From Felis catus (lineage: Eukaryota): a DNA stretch of 64,000 nt. Positions within the stretch are counted from its first letter, which is position 1; every line of letters begins with the position of its first letter. Position numbers and translations under genes: made by a program. Below the pieces are notes generated by a model that had not been told where the DNA came from, searched no databases, and saw only the letters and a program-made list of their open reading frames with translations. Below are positions 24,671 through 36,881 of this stretch, in pieces. The DNA lies in the NCBI RefSeq assembly GCF_018350175.1, contig NC_058368.1, forward strand, positions 111,726,001 to 111,790,000, given 5' to 3'.

Positions 24671-26950
24671 AGATAGGTGAGAACAAACTTGTAGCAGCCT
24701 GGATCTGAATCCCGGCGCTACCGCTCAGCCTGCATTTCCAAGAGAGCGAGTGACTTGCAGGTTGCATCCATCATTGGTGTGCTGTCACCTCCCTCTTAGT
24801 GATGTCCAATGTCTCAGGCCCTGGGCTCAGCCTGTTGGTGGGCATGGTCATGTCATGAGTGCTTTCTGCTTGCCACTTGGGCCAGCCACAGGAAGGTGGC
24901 CCCATGGGCTATGGCTGCTGCCTGGCTCCTGTGCCTATGTTGGGGCTACAATGACTTCCTGATCATCCTCCCAGTCTAGGTTTGTAGGATTTGGAGGAGA
25001 AGGACCATAGCAAGCTCCCTGTTTACCAGGCAGGCCCAGGAGCCCACCCAGCCTCTTGATTGCTAGCAGGCCTCAGGACTGGCCAGGCTGTGGTGCCCCA
25101 CCCAGCCCTGACCTTGGGGCCCGGAGACCCCGTGGTGCCCTGCTTGTCATCCACAGCCCGGTCAGGGTCGGCTCGTCGCACCCAGGGGCTGCCCCCACGT
25201 TTTTCGGAGTCCCCAGCCGAGCACGCCGAGTTATGTAATGCTGCTGAGCCAACATTTACGAGTCGCGGCCAATTTGCTGGCCTCGAGTTACACTGTGCAG
25301 ATGCTCTGCGTTACGGTTGGCTTTTGTCTCGGAGGCCGTAAGCAGATAGCATAACTCCGCTTACCATTAGACGTTCCGCAAATCATCTGGGCTCGAGCGT
25401 GCTGCAGCCAGACAGTTCATTTATGCTGCGAATGGTATGATTTGTAAAGTAATAAATTTCCCGTCTCTCTGCCAGCAATAAAGTACAGCAAGCAGGCGAA
25501 GCCAAAGCCCTCCAAAAATACGCTGGCTCCCAGTGAGACCTGGAAGAGAGTTGTGTCAGATTCTGTCTCTCTCTGTTCCTGCCTTCATTGGATTCTGGGA
25601 AATCAGGTTTGGGCCATAAATCCCCCTCTACCATCTGGGTGACTCTGGGCCCCGGCACGGACTTGTTATTAGCATGTGTAATTGGCCCCTACCATGACAC
25701 ATTTGTCACTTCCTGGGCCCCTGTCGATTCTGGCATTAAAGGAGACAGGAGTGATGGAGAGCCCCACCCTCTTGGTGTGCTTGGGGCAGAAGCAAGGCTC
25801 TTTGTCCTGGGAAGTTAGTGGCAGACAGTCATGGCGGTGGGCGGGTGTCCTGGTGGGAGCTTCTTACAGCCTCCTGTGCAAGTGTGCAAGGGCATTGTGT
25901 CACCCACTGTACGGGGATCTCATTGTGAAGGTGGCTGCTCTGAGTAGCAGGTCAAGGACAGAACTGGACTGAGTCTTAGGGTATCTGGGTACCCCTTTCC
26001 TACACTACACAAGACCATTTTGCTGCATTTCCTCTGAGCTGAGGTTTCCATGCTGTTCTTTGGTGGCCCTTAAAGGGACAGTCTCCTTTAGGCGGGGCAG
26101 TTCTGCCATCACCTGCAGAGACCCCGGGCTTTCACAGAGTTCTTTGTCTTGTGTTGGGTGGGGGTGTATAGATTCACCCCTCCTGGGGGTGCATGAGGAA
26201 GGCCTGAGCCACAGGAATTTGCTGTTGGTAAAGCTGCTTCCCAAGTCGGAGGCCAGTCTTGGAGGTGGGTAATAGGAATGTGGGAAGGAGTTACCACGGC
26301 CTTCCTGATTTTGCTGTCTACACCACAGCCCTTCCACCGATGGGCCTACTACCCCTTTATCTCCTTCCAACCTGGGTTAGACCTAACTACCCTCACTCAC
26401 TGCATGTTGACCTTGGGCCCTTGGCCTCCCTGAGTCTGAGTTTGCCCTGAGGTGGATGATCCTGCAGACGCAGGTTTCAGTAAATGTGGACCAAAAGTGC
26501 GGATTCCATGCCCGTATTGGGTTCCCCCCTCCCACGGTCCAGTGTGCATGAATCCCTCCCCTCCTTGCCCCAGTTGGGCAGTCAGCACACAGCGTCTGCC
26601 CTGGAGGTGGCAGCTTGGGAGGTGATGTTTCCAGCCTGACTGAAGACTGGAAAGTCTGACAGAGAAGTTTGTCGGAAAGCAGGGGCGTCCCGCATGAGCG
26701 TCAAGGGGAAGACTTGAGTCTTGGACCTTGGACCCTGTTCTGGGGGAGAGTAGACAAGGGTAATTGTGATGATCCAAGGCCACAAGGACAAAGCTGCTTG
26801 TCACAACCTTTGTCTCTTTGGAGAGAGGTGAGGGCTGTAGGCAGAGAACGTGGTCAGGACTTAGGGGCCAAAAGACTGCAGAAGAGAGGGCATAAAGGAA
26901 GAAATTGTTCTACCCTTGTCGGAAGGGATGACCTGAAGCTAGTGCTGACA

Positions 26951-27245
26951 CTCCAGGGGGTGAGGAGTCCCAGGACCCAGGACAGGGTGACAGTCCAGGG
27001 GGTGAGGAGTCCCAGGACCCAGGACAGGGTGACAGTCCAGGGGGCCAGGAGTCCCAGGACCCAGGACAGGGTGACAGTCCAGGGGGCCAGGAGTCCCAGG
27101 ACCCAGGACAGGGTGACAGTCCAGGGGGCCATGAGTCCCAGGACCCAGGACAGGGTGACAGTCCAGGGGCCAGGAGTCCCAGGACCCAGGACAGGGTGAC
27201 AGTCCAGGGGGCCAGGAGCCCCGGGCAGGGGACCCAGGACAGGGC
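26951..27245. repeat. 42-bp minisatellite (VNTR), ~7 copies
   Basis: Unit GTCCAGGGGG(TGAG/CCAG)GAGTCCCAGGACCCAGGACAGGGTGACA starting at 26951, 26993, 27035, 27077, 27119, 27161 (41 bp), and a degenerate copy at 27202. Confidence 0.97.
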
Positions 27246-27379
27246 TCCTCCCCAGTCTGAGTGTCAGGTGCCCAGATTCCATGTTGTCTAGACACAGCCG
27301 GAAGGGTCAGTAGGGATGGGTAGAGGGCCCCATGGTTTTGGCAGGATGTCACAGATCCCTCTTCTTCTGGCAAAATGGT

Positions 27380-27545
27380 TGATGTTTGCTGAGCAGCCAT
27401 GACGTGCCAGGCCCCGTGTGAGGCACTTGATGCATATTAGCTCTTTCTCAGAATCCTTATAACAGCTCTCTGAGTAGACATCAGAAAAGGGAAGCTGAGG
27501 CTCAGTGAGGTTAAATGATTTGCCCAAATTTTCCCAGCCAGGAGA
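27380..27545 (-). mobile_element. MIR SINE
   Basis: TTTGCTGAGC...GTGCCAGGC...AATCCTTATAACAGCTCT...GAAGCTGAGGCTCAGTGAGGTTAAATGATTTGCCCAA. Confidence 0.75.
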
Positions 27546-29737
27546 GGAATGGAAATGGGGTTCCTGTCACATCAGAAACTTCCACTAGACCGCAAGCTCT
27601 GTGAGGGCGGAGCCGCGGCCAATCCCGCTCCCTGCTGAAGGCCCAGTGTACTGCAAGGTGACTGGCCCACACCAGGACCGGGTGAGACAGCCCGTGAGCA
27701 CACACAGGGGCCAGGTGTGCAAGGTTCTGAGGCCGCTGCTGGGGTCTCTGGGGCTCCACCTGGCGGCTCTCTCTGCCCTGTGGCAGCCCTTCTGCCTTGC
27801 CCGGGGGGTTGCACTTGCCGGTGGGGAGACCTCGGGTTCCTGACACCTTTCCCCCAGCTCCTCAGACCCTTTAGGTCCCGAAGAAACTTTTGAGTCACGT
27901 GTTTCCCTTGGATTTTGGTGATTCGTGATTCATGGTTTTGAGGAAGGCCGGAGAGTGACTCATGCTGATTTAATAAGCCTACGAATATTTTCAAGAAGCG
28001 GCTGATAAATCGCTGGCCGGCAGCCCTTTCCCCCATGGCCGCCAGTACCAAGTGCTCAGAAATCACCAAGTTAAACAAGTCTGCAGAAAATTCAATCTCC
28101 CCAGCATTATTTTCCTTATTTGAGCTAATAGCGTGCGGCGCCTTTCTTCTGGCGCTGTGAGGTGCACCAGGGGGCCTGTGGAGAAGGAGAGCACATGCTT
28201 TACTTCCAGCAAGTTCCTGAAGGTTCCACGGTGATCAGGGGTGCTAGGACCTCCCAGGGTTTTGCGTGTGCCCTTGGAACCAGCCTGCTGTGTCGCCGGG
28301 GGAGCCGGCCCCGTGCCCCAGCGCCTGAATGACGAGGTAATGTGAGCGAGGCCCCTTCTCCACAGAGGAATGAGAGCAAGGCCGACAGCAGGCGTCCTGG
28401 CCTCTCTGGGCCATGTCAGGACTCTCACACCTCGGTCAAGCCCACTGAGCTCAGGTTACTTGGGATAAACAAGTAAAGGTGAAATGTGGCGGCTGGGAGG
28501 AGTAGGCCAAGGTGACAGGGCATGTGGCATATCAGACAGCTCTCCGGTGACTGAGAGGATCCCTGACCTGTAGTACGTCTTGACACCGGGGTTAATCCTA
28601 ACGGGTTACAGTTCCATGCCGACGGCCTGCATATCTCTGCTCCAGCACGCTCAGGCCGGCCGGCCGGGGAAAACATTCAGAGATGCATTAAGTCAGCATC
28701 TGTACAGGGATCTGGTTACTGCTGGCAGTCTCTCATTTGGGAGCTCCAAGTCCCTCTGAAACTCCTGTAGTCACGGGAGGGTGGGGGTGGATAGGCCGCG
28801 GGAACGGGGAACCCCGTTCCGGTGTAAGAGACTCACTAAATCTCATCTCCTTTCCGTAAGTTCTTCAGTGTCCCCTCCCCACGTTACTGAGCCCCTAGTG
28901 GAAAGTTAAGCTCAGGGCCAAGTCCAGACAGAGGAACAGGGCTCCGCCCTCCTGAGTGTGGTGCTTGGTTAGAGTGAAGCCTTTCCTCCCCTCCTCTCCT
29001 CCCTCCTTGTATTCATCCATCCATTTGCAAAATATTGATTGAATGTGATAGTGTATGGAAAGCATTTAGCATCATGTATGGTCAATAAAGGTTAGTTTTT
29101 GCTAGGCGAAAAGCGGTGAGTAATGGTACACACTGGTGAGGGTGCTACGTGAGACTGGGTATCTTGGAGACAATCTAGCTTTACCCCTCGCTGCAGGTGG
29201 GCACACCGAGGCCCAGAGAGATACAGAGAGAGACTAAGGGGGAGGTCTTACAGTAAGCATGTAGCTAAGCCAAACCTAGGATGTGGGGCTCCTTCCGCTG
29301 TGGCGTGTGACTGATGCGCTGGCATGGGTGGTCTGAGTAAGCTTCCTGGGACGGGTGGGTTTGAGATGAACCCGGGAATGAGCCCAGCAGCAGGGAGAGG
29401 GGCGGGTGCATGGGGGTAGCGGAGGGTGTTGCAGCAGAGAAGGGCCTGGGACGTGGGAGAGGGACCACAGCCCTCTCTGTAACATCATTTGAGGAGCCCT
29501 GAGAAGGCTTTATTGTCCCCAACTCATTCTCTGTGTTACCACCAGCAAATGGTTCTTTCTGGCATGTGCAAATCAGACATAGTGGCTCTGGCACTCAAAG
29601 CTTGGTCTGCTTGCTTGCCTCTGTGCTCAGCAGGGACCCATGGGTCCAGGCTGGATGTCACAGGCCAGGAATGGATGCTAAATGCATCTCCCTGGGGAGA
29701 GGAAACCCTTTCAGTCACAATTTGCTATTGACCCCTT

Positions 29738-30405
29738 GCATCTGTTTCCTGGGGCTGCTGTGACAAATAACGACAAACCTGGTGGCATGAAACAACAGAA
29801 ATGTATTCTCTCTCAGTTCTGGGGGCTAGAAGTTCAAAACCCAGGTGTCAGCAGGGTTCCTTCCATCTGGAGGCTCTGAGGGAGTATCTGCTCCACACCT
29901 TACTTAAGGCTTCTGCTGGCTGCTGGCAGCCATGGTCTTTCCTCGGCTTGTAGCTACGTGACTCCCATTTCTGCCTCTACCTCCACGTCACCTCCCCCTC
30001 TTCTGTCTGTATCTCCTCTTCTTTAAAAAAATTTTTTTATGTTTATTTATTTTTCAGAAACAGAGTGAGACAGAGCATGAGCGGGGGAGGGGCAGAGAGC
30101 GAGGGAGACGCAGAATCCAAAGCAGGCTCCAGGCTCTGAGCCGTGAGCACAGAGCCCGATGCAAGGCTCGAACTCACGAACTGCGAGATCATGACCTGAG
30201 CTGAAGTCAGACGCTTAACCGACTGAGCCACCCAGGTGCCCCTGTATCTTCTCTTCTTAGAAAGACACGTGTCATTGGATTTAGGGCACACCAGTTAATC
30301 TGGGGTAAATTTCTTAACCGCATCTGCAGAGACCCTTTTTCCACATAAGTTCACGTTGATAGATTTCGGGTGGATGTGTTGAGGACGGCCACCATTCCAT
30401 CCACT
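29738..30405 (-). mobile_element. MLT1 (MaLR) solo LTR, MLT1C-like, split by a SINE
   Basis: GTTTCCTGGGGCTGCTGTGACAAAT...AAACAACAGAAATGTATTCTCTCTCAGTTCTGG; resumes after the SINE with GTCATTGGATTTAGGGC...CATCTGCAGAGACCCTTTTTCCACATAAG. Confidence 0.85.
30024..30242 (-). mobile_element. Can-SINE inserted in MLT1
   Basis: Antisense near-consensus body; TSD TGTATCTCCTCTTCTT (30008-30023) / TGTATCTTCTCTTCTT (30243-30258). Confidence 0.97.
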
Positions 30406-30546
30406 GTGTCCCTCCAGCCGTATGAAAGTGTAGCTTGAGAGATAGATCCCACGGTAACTTGACGGGATGAGGAGACAAATGTGGTTAAGACACTGTAGTG
30501 GGGACAGTAGGAAAATTCCCAGAAGTGTTTGGGCCTTGGACACAGG

Positions 30547-30759
30547 TTTTTTTTTTTTTTTTTAAGTTTATTTATGTATTTTGAGAGAGACAGAGACATC
30601 ATGAGCGGAGGAGGAGCAGAGAGAAGGAGAGAATCCCCAGCAGGCCGTGCACCGTCAGTGCAGAGCCCAATGCACGGCTCAGACACACGAACCGTGACAT
30701 CATGACCTGAGTGGAAACCAAGTGTCAGATGCTTAACTGACTAAGCCACCCAGGACCCC
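30547..30759 (-). mobile_element. Can-SINE
   Basis: Poly(T), antisense body ending CTAAGCCACCCAGGACCCC; TSD-like TGGACACAG / TGGATACAG. Confidence 0.93.
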
Positions 30760-30902
30760 TGGATACAGATCTTTTTCCTGAGACTGAAGACTTAAGGCCC
30801 AACCTAGAAGTGATGATCAGGGCTGTATGGGCATTCAGCTGGGCCTGTTGACAATCCACCATGTCAGAGATGGAACGTTGCGACCATCTGGAATGGTCCA
30901 GA

Positions 30903-31120
30903 GCGCTGCTGTCCGGTAGAATTTTCTGTGATGATAGAAATATTCTTGAGTATCTGAGCTGTCCAGCGCAGTGCCTTCCCGTGTCTGTGGAGATTTTGAA
31001 ATGTGGCTAGTGCAACCGAACGCCTCCGTTTTTCCTTCTATTTAGTTCTATTTAATTTCAATTAATTTAAACTTAAGTCGGCCTGTGTGGCCGGTGGCTG
31101 CTGTGTTTCCCAGCACAGCC
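30903..31120. mobile_element. MER3-like hAT-Charlie fossil
   Basis: GCTGTCCGGTAGAATTTTCTGTGATGATAGAAATATTCT...TTGAAATGTGGCTAGTGCAACCGA...TTAATTTAAACTTAA...CAGCACAG. Confidence 0.8.
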
Positions 31121-32329
31121 CCAGAGCGTCTTGATTTGACCCGTTCCCCGGGTCTGTTCCTCATTTCACTATCAAAAATAAATTTCATCAGAAAGAGCTT
31201 AAATTGCTCTTGGGCCGTTTTAGGTGTGTAATGCTTGGAGTTTTAACTTTTGGCCGAGAGACAGAGGCCAGATGGAGTTGACTTGGTTTAGACCGAAGGC
31301 AAGAAAAGGTGGCTTTTACTCTTCGAGTGAAGTGGAAAGGACGAGTGTTTTCCTCTTGACACTCTTGTGGCTGACAGTTGCCTGGTAGTTAAGCTGGAGG
31401 AGCAGCTAGCGAGGCCCAGTGAAATCTATCCTCAGAAGGAAGGGAGACGTGAGAGCCCACGTCTCCTCCTTTGGCCCGTGTTTGGGAATCTGTGAGTTTG
31501 AGGTTCGCTGCTCTTTTCCACGGCTCCTGGAGAGCCACAGACAACATTTAGCTCTCATAAAGCTATTTCCCCCAAATGACTCCTTGTTTCCCTGCTTCCC
31601 AGATGGATACTATATACTGTCTTGCTTTAGAGTGAGGATATTTATTTCTGCACACTGTTTAGACATGATCTTAAGCAACACTTCATTTATTTACACGTTT
31701 GCATGTTTTTGACCCTTGGGGATGAAAAATCAAGTGTTTGCCTGCAAGCAGAATATCTCAGAGGAGGTGGCTCCAGGGGTGAGAGGGCCTGCGTCCGCTA
31801 GACCGACGCGGGGCCTCAGCTCGTCTTGCCTCTTTCTCCTCGCTTCTTTCTGGAGTGTGTTCATCAGATGGGGTGGCTCTGGGGTGTGAAGCTCAGTCCA
31901 TCTGCCGCCTCTGTGTCCATGTTCAACGGGAGCCCGTGGGTCCAGACTGGAAGTCACAGACCAGCACAGCCGAGGGTTTGGTAATGCGGGCAGATCGGTC
32001 TGTTTTAGGTGAGGCACTGCGGCAGGAGGGGAGCGCTCAGGGTCATGCTAACACTGCACTGTGTACATGTAAGACACAAATGAGGGATTTAGAGGCGAGG
32101 AGGCTGATGAGTGTTGCTAGGCAACCCTTCCTCTGGGTCTGGAGGTAACATAATCTCTGGGAGCAGCCTGGGAGGAGGGCCTCCTAAGGACAAAGCTGAA
32201 CTTCTGTTCCTGTGCCCGCCTGGCCTACCTCTAGGAGGGGGCGGAAAGGTCGGCAGAGCCACGTCGTTATATAAGCTGCTTGGATGACGGATGCGTCCGT
32301 GGCTTCCGTGTTGGTCGTGTTCTCTTTTT

Positions 32330-32470
32330 CTTGTATTTATTTGCACCTTGCCTTATACAAAAGAGGATCTAAGGGGCTTTCAGAAATACAGATGCTACAG
32401 CAGGATAAATACAGTAAATAAAGGTAGAAGCTGGGCAAAGGGAAAAGAAGGGTAAGAACAGGGGTGTGGC
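32330..32470 (-). mobile_element. Possible L4 (RTE-X) 3' fragment
   Basis: TATTTATTTGCACCTTGCCTTATACAAAAGAGGATCTAAGG resembles the antisense L4 terminus as recalled. Confidence 0.4.
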
Positions 32471-32474
32471 TGGT

Positions 32475-32590
32475 CAGTCAGCAGGTATTTATTGAGTATC
32501 GACCCTGCGCCCGGCTCTGTGGCTTTAGCAGTGAACCCGACAGCTGTCAGCCCTGGTGGTTCCTGCTCTCCTGAAGCTTACAGTGTTAAA
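32475..32590 (-). mobile_element. L2 tail fragment
   Basis: CAGCAGGTATTTATTGAGTATC...AGCAGTGAAC...TCCTGCTCTCCTGAAGCTTACAGT. Confidence 0.65.
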
Positions 32591-34964
32591 AAAGAGGTGT
32601 TTTTTGGTTTGTTGGTTGTTTTCTAAGCCACAGGTCCAGTGGCTTTTATTAGCTGTAGGCTGCAAATTAGACTGAGCCTCCTTAGCAGCCAAAGCAAGAG
32701 GAGAACACAATGGTGAGGGGCTGCGTGTATTCTCAGTGTTGTATTGGTTACAGTAGAGCAACCACAGTGAGCCTCATTCTCCTGCTCTGTACATGCAGAG
32801 CACAGCAGAGGCCCCATCTGCCCCTGTGCAGTCAGCCCCCTGGCCCCCCGTGTCACTGCTGCCTCATTTCAGGTACCAGCTTCCTGGCTGGGTCCAGAGT
32901 CAGCCCAGATGTCCTGGCCAGCTGCCTGTGGTGAAGAGCTTGAGCATCTGGGGCCTGGTGAGTTCTTGAGCTCTCTCTACACCCTCCCAGGTGCCATGTC
33001 TTAGGCTAGACTGTCCCTTCCCCCTGGGATGCCTCCATCTCCGCGATTGTGACTGTGTTCTCCCCTTACCTATTGGGGGGTCTCCATAGTTTTTGCTGTT
33101 CCCCCTACTGTCACTATGTCATTTGGTTCTCCCAGAAACACCTGTAAGCCAGCTGCGATTTCAGTCATCTTAACCATGAAAGGAAGCAGAGGCGCAGAGG
33201 GCCGGGCAGGTTGCCGGAGGTCCTATAGCTTCATGACTGTAACCCCTATCTTTGGCCTTTTCCGATTTGGTATTCCTTATTCTTCCTATAGAGGGAGCTG
33301 GCTTGCTCATAGACCCTGGAGGAGCCTAATCCGTCAGCCCCTGGCAGCTCTTTGGGAAGCAGGAAGCACTTCATCACCCCCTTCCATTGGCAGAAAGGAC
33401 CTCCTTTTGTCCCATGGAGGGGTGTGTTGGGCAGCTCTTGGCATCTGGGAATCCATCCTCCCAAGGCAGTCATTTTGTTTGTCTTTTTGTTCATTTGTTT
33501 GTTCAGCAAATACTCATTTATTCATACATTGCGGAAATACTTCTTAAACATGCCATGTACTGTTAACCCCCCATCCTCCCTGCCGACAAGGAGCGCAAAG
33601 TTCATCTGAGGGAGAAACGTCAGTACATGTGAGGTTAGAGGACAGCGTGAGAAAGCTATGAGCATGACTTAGTATGAATGCTAATCAGCAGACTAAATTC
33701 GTGCCGCCTGAACAACCAGGTCATGTGTTCTCATTCCAGAGCTCCCCTCATCCTGTGCCCCTTCCATATGTCTCTCTCTGGGCAAAATTCACCGTCATGT
33801 GCAAGGGTTCAGAATACAACACACTCCGTACGAGTTAGTCGTACAGAAGTTAAGAAGGACCTCACCTCCTTGTTCTTGGAAGCATACTTCTGTTAATGCA
33901 ACCTTTATTTATAGTAGCCTACTGTTATAAGACAGAGCCTATGACAGGTAAGCCTGCAATACCCACCTCTTGTACGAGCAGTACTTTCCCAAGTGCCTGG
34001 AGCTCTGGGGCCCATTTCTTCCCGAAGAATGTCCAGGGAATCTTTCTTACTGACGAGAGGTCATGTTGCTTATGTGTCCCCCTTTAATGAATGTGGCCCA
34101 CACTGACCTTACACAGCAGTGGTTTGGGATGGATTTCAATGTTTTGATCCCTCTTTAAAGAGAGCAACCACAGCTCTTCCACTTATGAATTCTGAAATAC
34201 CCTTTTGCAGCCACTGGGGTGAGAGATGATTGGGCCGTCGTTAGCATTCCATGCATCTTCTTGAGATACAGACCTGCATAAGTAAAAACATACTTCTGTT
34301 TTCTGAGATCCAAGGTACCAATCTCAGGGACTGTCAGACGGGATCAGGGGGCAGCCCGTGGGTAACATTCTCAGACTTGGTAAGTAGCTGGCCCGCCGAT
34401 AGAGGAGATTAAGGTGCTTTTCATCTCCTTGCCCCTAATGGCAATATCTCTAGTTTTTAAAGTGACTTGGGAAAGTCTTCCTTTGAACAGTCAAGAGATT
34501 GTTTCAGGAAAAGCGAGTCCTATTCTAAACAGCTTGCCTGGGGGATGCTGCTGCTGAATTGTAAATGTAGGTACACGAATTTTCCCTTCTATTTGCTTAA
34601 GAGTGAGGGTTTGGCTTTCTGGTCCAGCAGTTGATGATGTCCTACAGTGCCCCGAGGCTCCTCACACCCTCCCCAAGTCGGACTGTGTGTGGAGGCCTCC
34701 AGTACATTAGGGGCTGTCTCCGGACAGTCAGATCATCTCTCTTTATGTGTCCAAGGACTCATCTGCAGGCTGGCCCTGCTACAGGGGCACTGCCCTGGTG
34801 CCACAGTCTGAAACTAGGCTTAGCCCTCAGCCCATTACGTTGGGTGGGTGGACAGGAGGAAGGCACCCTTGAAGGCAGTAGGCTGACAGAGGGATCATCA
34901 GTGTAAGAAAATTTAAGTTAACATTTAACTAACCCCTCAGTCCTTTACAAAATGGAGGCTCCGA

Positions 34965-35020
34965 GTGTAGACTCCAGAATCTAGAGTGCTTGGTGTAGAC
35001 TCCAGAATCTAGAGTGCTTG
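34965..35020. repeat. Perfect 28-bp tandem duplication
   Basis: GTGTAGACTCCAGAATCTAGAGTGCTTG at 34965-34992 and 34993-35020. Confidence 0.95.
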
Positions 35021-35200
35021 GGTTCAAGTTCTGGTTCTCTAGTTATTAGCTGTGTGGCCTTGGTTGAGTCATTATGTTTCTCTGATCATGAATTTCCTCA
35101 ACTGGAAAGCAGTGCCTAGTTCACTGAGACATGAGAAATGAATCAATGCATATAAAAAAACACTGCCTGCTTTACCTGTTGTGTGCTCAATGCACATTTG
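34993..35200 (+). mobile_element. MIR SINE
   Basis: GGGTTCAAGTTCTGG...TAGCTGTGTGGCCTTGG...TTTCCTCAACTGGAAA...GTGCTCAAT. Confidence 0.7.
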
Positions 35201-36881
35201 TTGGTATGATTATTCTAATGTTATTCATTCTTTCTTTGTGCACAAGTTCCTTACCTCATTACCATTCATTAGCTTATGTACAAGGAGCTGTAGGACTAGG
35301 GGATAAAAGTAGGATTTCATTTTAATTTCAGTAGAAAAAAATAAATGCACACGAAGTAAAAGTGTGTCAAAAAGCATATAAATACCAAAAAGGAGGGTTT
35401 GTTATTAATACTGATATTTAATAAGAACGTCCACCTAGGCTGTAAATTGCTGCAAGAGAAAATTGCTCCCACCCTAACAATAAGAACAAACCAGACAGTT
35501 TATAAGATCATGTACGTTCAAGTCTGTCAGAGATCTGAGGACACAAGGTAGCCTGATAAATAAAAATCCAAAGGGGGACAGTCTCTCCAAAGAGAGACGG
35601 GACACCAACCATTTCATGTTGGGCAGAACAGCACGAAGAGGAAGTAGTCGTCATCGAAGCAAGTAAGAAGGAAATTGCTGAAATCGTAATGAATTTTTTT
35701 AGAGCAGAGTGTGAGCTAGTATAACTGTTTAGAATTCTTGGAAACTCTAAACCCAAGAGGTGTCTCCTCGCTCACTTTTGTCTATGAGGCTTCACTGAGA
35801 GCTTACAAGCAAGATTGGGAACAGGACAGAAGAATAGAGAACTCTCTGAGTTGCAGCCATGCAGGACCTGCTTGAGCCTGCAGTTAAAGCAAAAGAAACA
35901 ATAAAAACCCTCCTATGTTCCTGACCTTTCAAGAGTGAGAGGGAGAGGTTACCTACTAGGGGGAAACAGGGAACACTGGACCCCCTTCTCGCAGAGGCAG
36001 AGGTACACAAGACGTCTCTAGCACTGAGGCTAGAACAGGAGAACCGAGAGAAACTCTTTTGTGCCAAGAAACTCTCTTAGGCACTGCATGGGAAGGAGTC
36101 AGTGGTCATGTGCTTCTGGGTGAGAACCGGAAACCTACCCAAGTTCTTTATTCTGTACTGAGTATGAGATAGTGGTCATCTCAGTCCTGGGGAAGGCGGG
36201 GGAGCTGAGAGTGATCCTCTCTGAGCACTGCTATGTAGAGCTACCTGAATACGTTGTCCTGAACACTGGTCTTGCAGTGAGCCCCAGGCAACAGTGTACC
36301 ACAAGGAGGGGGGCAGGACTGCTGAGAGAGTCTCTTCTGTAGTGTAGAGCCTGCTGAGAGCATTGGTAGTGTAGGAGCATTTAGAGAAATTCTGTTACCT
36401 TAGCTTCACCCTAAGTACGGGGTACTACTAACTCCGGTAAGCCTCAGTATGAGATATGATAGTCTCCCACTAAGAAAATTTGAAGCCTGTAGTACACAGA
36501 CTATAACTAAAGCAATAACCAAATCCCAAATCAGCTCAACTATAGACTAAACACTAACTCAACTTCTCACCTTAACAGCCTGATAGAAGAAGAGTGTTCT
36601 CCATTTTGGGAAATATTTACCTCAGTCTGTACTATATTTTGCACGCAATGTGTGGGATTCAGTATAAACTATGACACACGCATCCCAAACAATGATATGA
36701 CTGCTTGTCAAGAGATAAAATAATCAGTAGAACAAGATTAGAGTTGGCCCAAATCGAATTATCAGACAGGTACTGTACAATAACTATGGTAAATATGCTG
36801 AAAGATCTAGTGGAAAAGGTGGGCAACGTGTGCATACATGGAGAATTTCAGCAGAGATGAGGAAGCTATAAAGAAATATCT

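Noticed and set aside
26669..27400. Repetitive-protein ORFs or a CRISPR-like array
   Set aside because: Explained by a head-to-tail 42-bp VNTR; no unique spacers, no cas genes, eukaryotic context
28801..28820. 9-bp inverted repeat GGAACGGGG-AA-CCCCGTTCC; similar small stems at 8462-8488 and 17669-17700
   Set aside because: Too short for miRNA precursors and plausible by chance in 64 kb
33940..34390. Strong isolated donors (CAG|GTAAGC at ~33947, TTG|GTAAGT at ~34380)
   Set aside because: No convincing matching acceptor with an open frame found upstream
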